Shown here one piece after another: positions 60,971-64,000 of a DNA stretch of 64,000 bases; position 1 is the stretch's first letter; each line of letters starts with the position of its first letter. Below the pieces are notes generated by a model. It ran no database searches. It saw nothing but the letters and a program-made list of their open reading frames with translations, and was not told the DNA's origin. Position numbers and translations under genes: made by a program. The stretch comes from Acidobacteriota bacterium (GTDB lineage Bacteria; Acidobacteriota; Polarisedimenticolia; Polarisedimenticolales; JBBIHH01). The DNA is taken from assembly GCA_037447115.1 (NCBI GenBank), contig JBBIHH010000007.1:17188-81187 (forward strand), written 5' to 3'.

Positions 60971-62824
60971 CTAGCGCGCTTCGACCCCGGGCTCCGCCTG
61001 CCGGCGCTCGTGCGCCCGGCCCGGAGCGGAGCGTCCGGTGAGCCACGCCGGGTCCATGGGGTAGACCAGCGGATCGAAGATGACGAAGTAAAAGTGCCAC
61101 ACGACAATGGCCAGGCTCGCCAGCACCGCTTCGTAGAAATGGACCACGGTGGCGAGGTCCGTGATCCATTTGGGAAACCAGCGCAGGGCTGCTGTCTCGA
61201 ACCACAGGACGAAACCGGTCGCCGCCATGATCGCGGAACCCCACCACAAGGCGATGTACTCGATCTTCTCCGGGTAACCCACGACGGGCGTCCTGGGAAG
61301 CGAGGCTCGACGGCCTAGCCAGTAGGCGATCCGTTCCCGCAGCTCGCGCAGGTCCTCGCGCCCCGGACGCATGCGGGCGATGCAGCGTCGCGCGCGCCGG
61401 CTCGAGACCGCGTGGAGGGCATGGCCCAGCAACGAAATCAGCAGCGCGACCGCGGCCACGCGGTGCACGAGGCCACGCATGTCCGTCGTCCCGCCCCACC
61501 GTGTCAGCGGCCGGGTCCACCACTGCTCGGGATACGTCAAGGCGAAGCCGCTGTACGCGAGCGCGACGAAGGACAGCGCGATGCCTGCGTGGGCCAGCCG
61601 GAAACCCGGCGACATCCGGCCCGCTGCGCGCACGGTGGCCGGCACGCTGGGGCGGCGAAGGAGCTTGCGCAGCAGGTCGAGGCCGTTGTGCAGGATCATC
61701 GCCCCGATCACGAACACGATGAGGACCCGATAGATCATCCTCGCCCCGCGCACCAGCGGGTGCGCCGAGGCTTCCTGGAGCACGTGCACGGGCCCCAGTT
61801 CGAAGCGCTGCCCCGCACCCGGATGGCAGCGGCCGCAGGTGGCGGCCAGGTTGTCGGGATGCACGTGAGACCGGGGATCGCTCGAGGGCAGGATGTCGTG
61901 GATCCCATGGCAGGAGGCGCAGTTGGCGGCGGTCACCACCCCCGTCTCCACCGCGAGGCCGTGGTAGCTCTCCTCGTAGGCGGGCACCCGGTCCGCAGGG
62001 ATGTCGTACTTCTCGGCTAGCCGCACGTCGGCGTGGCATCGCTCGCACGTCCGCTTCGGGATGTTCGTCGCATAGACGGGGGAAGCCGGATCGCGCGGCG
62101 AGAGGATCCTGTGCTCTCCGTGGCAGTCGGTGCAGACGGGCGCTTCCCGCAGCCCCCGCGCGGCGGCGCGTCCGTGGACACTCTGGCGGTACGCCTCGCT
62201 CACCTCCCGGTGGCAGCCGCCGCACGTCTCCGGAACCCGGAGGCGAAAAATGGAGGATTCCGGATCCGACGGGGGCAGAATCTCGTGACTGTCGTGACAG
62301 TCGCTGCAGGTGGCGCCCGGTTTCCCTTCCTCGAGGGCACGGGCGTGCACGCTGGCGGCGTACGCTTCCAGAGGCCGCGCGACGAGAATACCGAATTTCT
62401 CGGCCAGAGCTGGATCGGAGTGGCAGCGCCCGCACGTGGCCCCGATGCGTCGCGCATGCGTCGCGGAGCGCGGATCCGAAGAGGGCAGCAGCGCGTGGAT
62501 CGAACCGTGGCAATCGGCGCAGCCCGGTGCCTCGACGACCCCGGAGGCCCGGGCTCGGCCGTGGACGCCCCTCGCGAAAGCTGCGGTCACCTCGTCGTGG
62601 CACGTCTCGCAGCGGGCCTGGGCCTCCGGCGATTCGTGCGGGACGGCCGCGGCGCCCGCGTGGCAGTCCACGCACTCGAGAAAACCGTGCACCGTCTGCT
62701 GCAGCGCTTCCGCCGGAACGTCGTGGCACTCGTGGCAAGGCTCAGCGGCGGCGAGCGCGCTGCCTTGCAGCCCGCAGGCGATCACGAGGCCCCACCACCC
62801 ACCGCTCTTCCGAGCCAGTCGCAT
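60971..62824 (-). CDS. Multihaem cytochrome c (11 CXXCH) fused to a C-terminal b-type cytochrome membrane domain (CbcL-like architecture)
   Basis: ORF 60971..62857 trimmed to ATG 62824 (MRLARKSGGWWGLVIACGL). The 11 CXXCH motifs are CHECH, CVDCH, CETCH, CADCH, CGRCH, CSDCH, CGGCH, CTDCH, CERCH, CASCH and CGRCH. The C-terminal ~250 aa contains several hydrophobic helices with embedded His residues. Confidence 0.75.
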   Translation of the reverse strand: MRLARKSGGWWGLVIACGLQGSALAAAEPCHECHDVPAEALQQTVHGFLECVDCHAGAAAVPHESPEAQARCETCHDEVTAAFARGVHGRARASGVVEAPGCADCHGSIHALLPSSDPRSATHARRIGATCGRCHSDPALAEKFGILVARPLEAYAASVHARALEEGKPGATCSDCHDSHEILPPSDPESSIFRLRVPETCGGCHREVSEAYRQSVHGRAAARGLREAPVCTDCHGEHRILSPRDPASPVYATNIPKRTCERCHADVRLAEKYDIPADRVPAYEESYHGLAVETGVVTAANCASCHGIHDILPSSDPRSHVHPDNLAATCGRCHPGAGQRFELGPVHVLQEASAHPLVRGARMIYRVLIVFVIGAMILHNGLDLLRKLLRRPSVPATVRAAGRMSPGFRLAHAGIALSFVALAYSGFALTYPEQWWTRPLTRWGGTTDMRGLVHRVAAVALLISLLGHALHAVSSRRARRCIARMRPGREDLRELRERIAYWLGRRASLPRTPVVGYPEKIEYIALWWGSAIMAATGFVLWFETAALRWFPKWITDLATVVHFYEAVLASLAIVVWHFYFVIFDPLVYPMDPAWLTGRSAPGRAHERRQAEPGVEAR

Positions 62825-62934
62825 CGCGCACTCCCCGCGAGCCGCCCATGGGACCACAATGCTGCGCCAGACTCAAGGGACCGAAGGCCCCCTCAACTCG
62901 CGACGCCTGGTCGAGCGGTCCCGCAGCGGCGCGC

Positions 62935-64000
62935 TCAGGGCTGCAGCCAATCGAGGATCCGCGGCGAGGGCTCCTCGAGCGCTAGAATCGTGTGGCAGGT
63001 GAGGCAATCCTGGGAGATCGTTTCGCCCCCGTCGTTCGCCATCAGGCCGTCGTGGCAGCGAAAGCAACCCTCGAAATGCAGATGTCCGAGGTGATTGGGG
63101 TAGGTGCCCCAGTAGACCTTCATCGAGGGAAACACATTCTCGCGATAGATTCCGGTCAACCGTTCGATGGCTCGTTCGATCTCCTCGGTCTTTGACGCGT
63201 AGAGATCGGGGTAGCGTTCGCGGTAGAAAGTCTCGAGATGGGAGCGGATGCCGCGGGAGGCCTCTTCGTACGACGCCGCCTCGCGCAGCAGCGCCCGCAA
63301 TCCCTCGCGGCGGATGTACGGTAGCTCGCGCGGGATCCATCCCATCGCGAGCGCCCGGTCCAGCGCCTCTTGCGGCATCTCGAAGGTGTGCGTCGGGCGG
63401 TTGTGGCAGTCCACGCAGTCCATGACCCGCCACCCTTCCAGCTCCGCCGGCGGGTCCTGGCCCGGGCGGCGGTAGCGCCGAGGAACTCCATCCGCGACGG
63501 TCAACTCGACCTCGTAGATTCGTTCCCGGGTCGGGTCGGAACGGTAGCGCACGGTAACCTGCGGATCCACGTGCCAGTGAATTCCGTGCGAGCGGAACCC
63601 CAGGAGTCCGCCCACGCGCAAGAGCAGGACCGTCTTCACCTCGGTGTTCGCTTCGTCTTCCAGGAAGCGCGTGATGACCTTCAACCGATCGCCGTAGAAC
63701 TTCACCGGCCAGTGGCATTGCTCGCACGTCTCCCGCGCGGGCCGCAGGTTCTCGATCGGCGTCGGGATCGGCCGCGGGTAGAGATCGAAGGTCGTCGCCA
63801 CGACCTGCCACGCGCCGGAGAGCTTCGATTGGACGAACCAGCTCGCGCCGGGGCCGATGTGACACTCGACGCACTTCACGTGCGCGTGGGGGGACCGCTG
63901 GTACACGCCGTACTCCGGGTGCATCACGCTGTGGCACGCTTGCCCGCAGAATTCGACGCTATCCATGAACTCCACCGCTTTGTAGGTGGCGACAGACAGG
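62935..64000 (-). CDS. NapC/NirT-like multihaem cytochrome c, N-terminus beyond the window edge
   Basis: The reading frame stays open to nt 64000 (..LSVATYKAVEFMDSVEFCGQACHSVM), so the GTG at 63975 is probably internal. Motifs: CGQACH (CX3CH), CVECH, CEQCH, CVDCH, CFRCH and CLTCH. Confidence 0.7.
   Translation of the reverse strand, partial: LSVATYKAVEFMDSVEFCGQACHSVMHPEYGVYQRSPHAHVKCVECHIGPGASWFVQSKLSGAWQVVATTFDLYPRPIPTPIENLRPARETCEQCHWPVKFYGDRLKVITRFLEDEANTEVKTVLLLRVGGLLGFRSHGIHWHVDPQVTVRYRSDPTRERIYEVELTVADGVPRRYRRPGQDPPAELEGWRVMDCVDCHNRPTHTFEMPQEALDRALAMGWIPRELPYIRREGLRALLREAASYEEASRGIRSHLETFYRERYPDLYASKTEEIERAIERLTGIYRENVFPSMKVYWGTYPNHLGHLHFEGCFRCHDGLMANDGGETISQDCLTCHTILALEEPSPRILDWLQP

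Overview
The window is a very GC-rich, almost gap-free bacterial chromosomal segment from a diderm organism. Several families look acidobacterial in style, for example the VWFA-type protein, but taxonomy cannot be proven from this sequence. I support 53 protein-coding genes, the last one truncated at the right edge. I saw no rRNA, tRNA, CRISPR array, transposase or integrase. Many ORFs in the supplied track are GC-driven artefacts: antisense ORFs or upstream run-ons. I trimmed these to plausible starts by eye.

Layout:
- 1-19.5 kb: envelope and proteolysis genes. These are pepE, a HAD hydrolase, a TlpA-like redoxin, a LysM-M23 peptidase overlapping a zinc-ribbon/receiver gene, two outer-membrane (OM) protein genes, a VWA protein, a beta-barrel OMP, aroA, a TPR protein, a ~1000-aa metallopeptidase/PD40-propeller/Omp85-barrel fusion, ftsEX and a large M1 peptidase.
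- 19.6-31.6 kb: a co-directional minus-strand array of sensor kinase, ligA, sigma-54 activator, CheY-like receiver, HtrA, a second sigma-54 activator, thiolase and a FadB-like gene.
- 31.8-33.7 kb: an XRE-HTH/TPR regulator overlapping a secreted-protein gene.
- 33.97-50.1 kb: a complete dcw cluster running mraZ-rsmH-ftsL-ftsI-murE-murF-mraY-murD-ftsW-murG-murC-ftsQ-ftsA-ftsZ, with no murB or ddl. It is followed directly by REC-GGDEF, MBL-fold and DoxX genes.
- 52.7-57.5 kb: an overlapping operon of KAS II-like, lnt, creatininase-fold and TIM-barrel genes.
- 57.5-60.2 kb: CYTH, sugar-phosphate nucleotidyltransferase and APH-type kinase genes.
- 60.4-64.0 kb: a multihaem cytochrome cluster, with a tetrahaem protein, an 11-haem c domain fused to a cytochrome b membrane domain, and a NapC/NirT-like protein.

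The best candidates for undescribed biology are the cytochrome b/c cluster, the POTRA-less protease-propeller-Omp85 fusion with its TPR partner, the KAS-Lnt-creatininase operon, and the sigma-54 signalling array with its candidate -24/-12 promoters.

All functional calls rest on motif recognition from memory. No database search was possible, and start codons are approximate.
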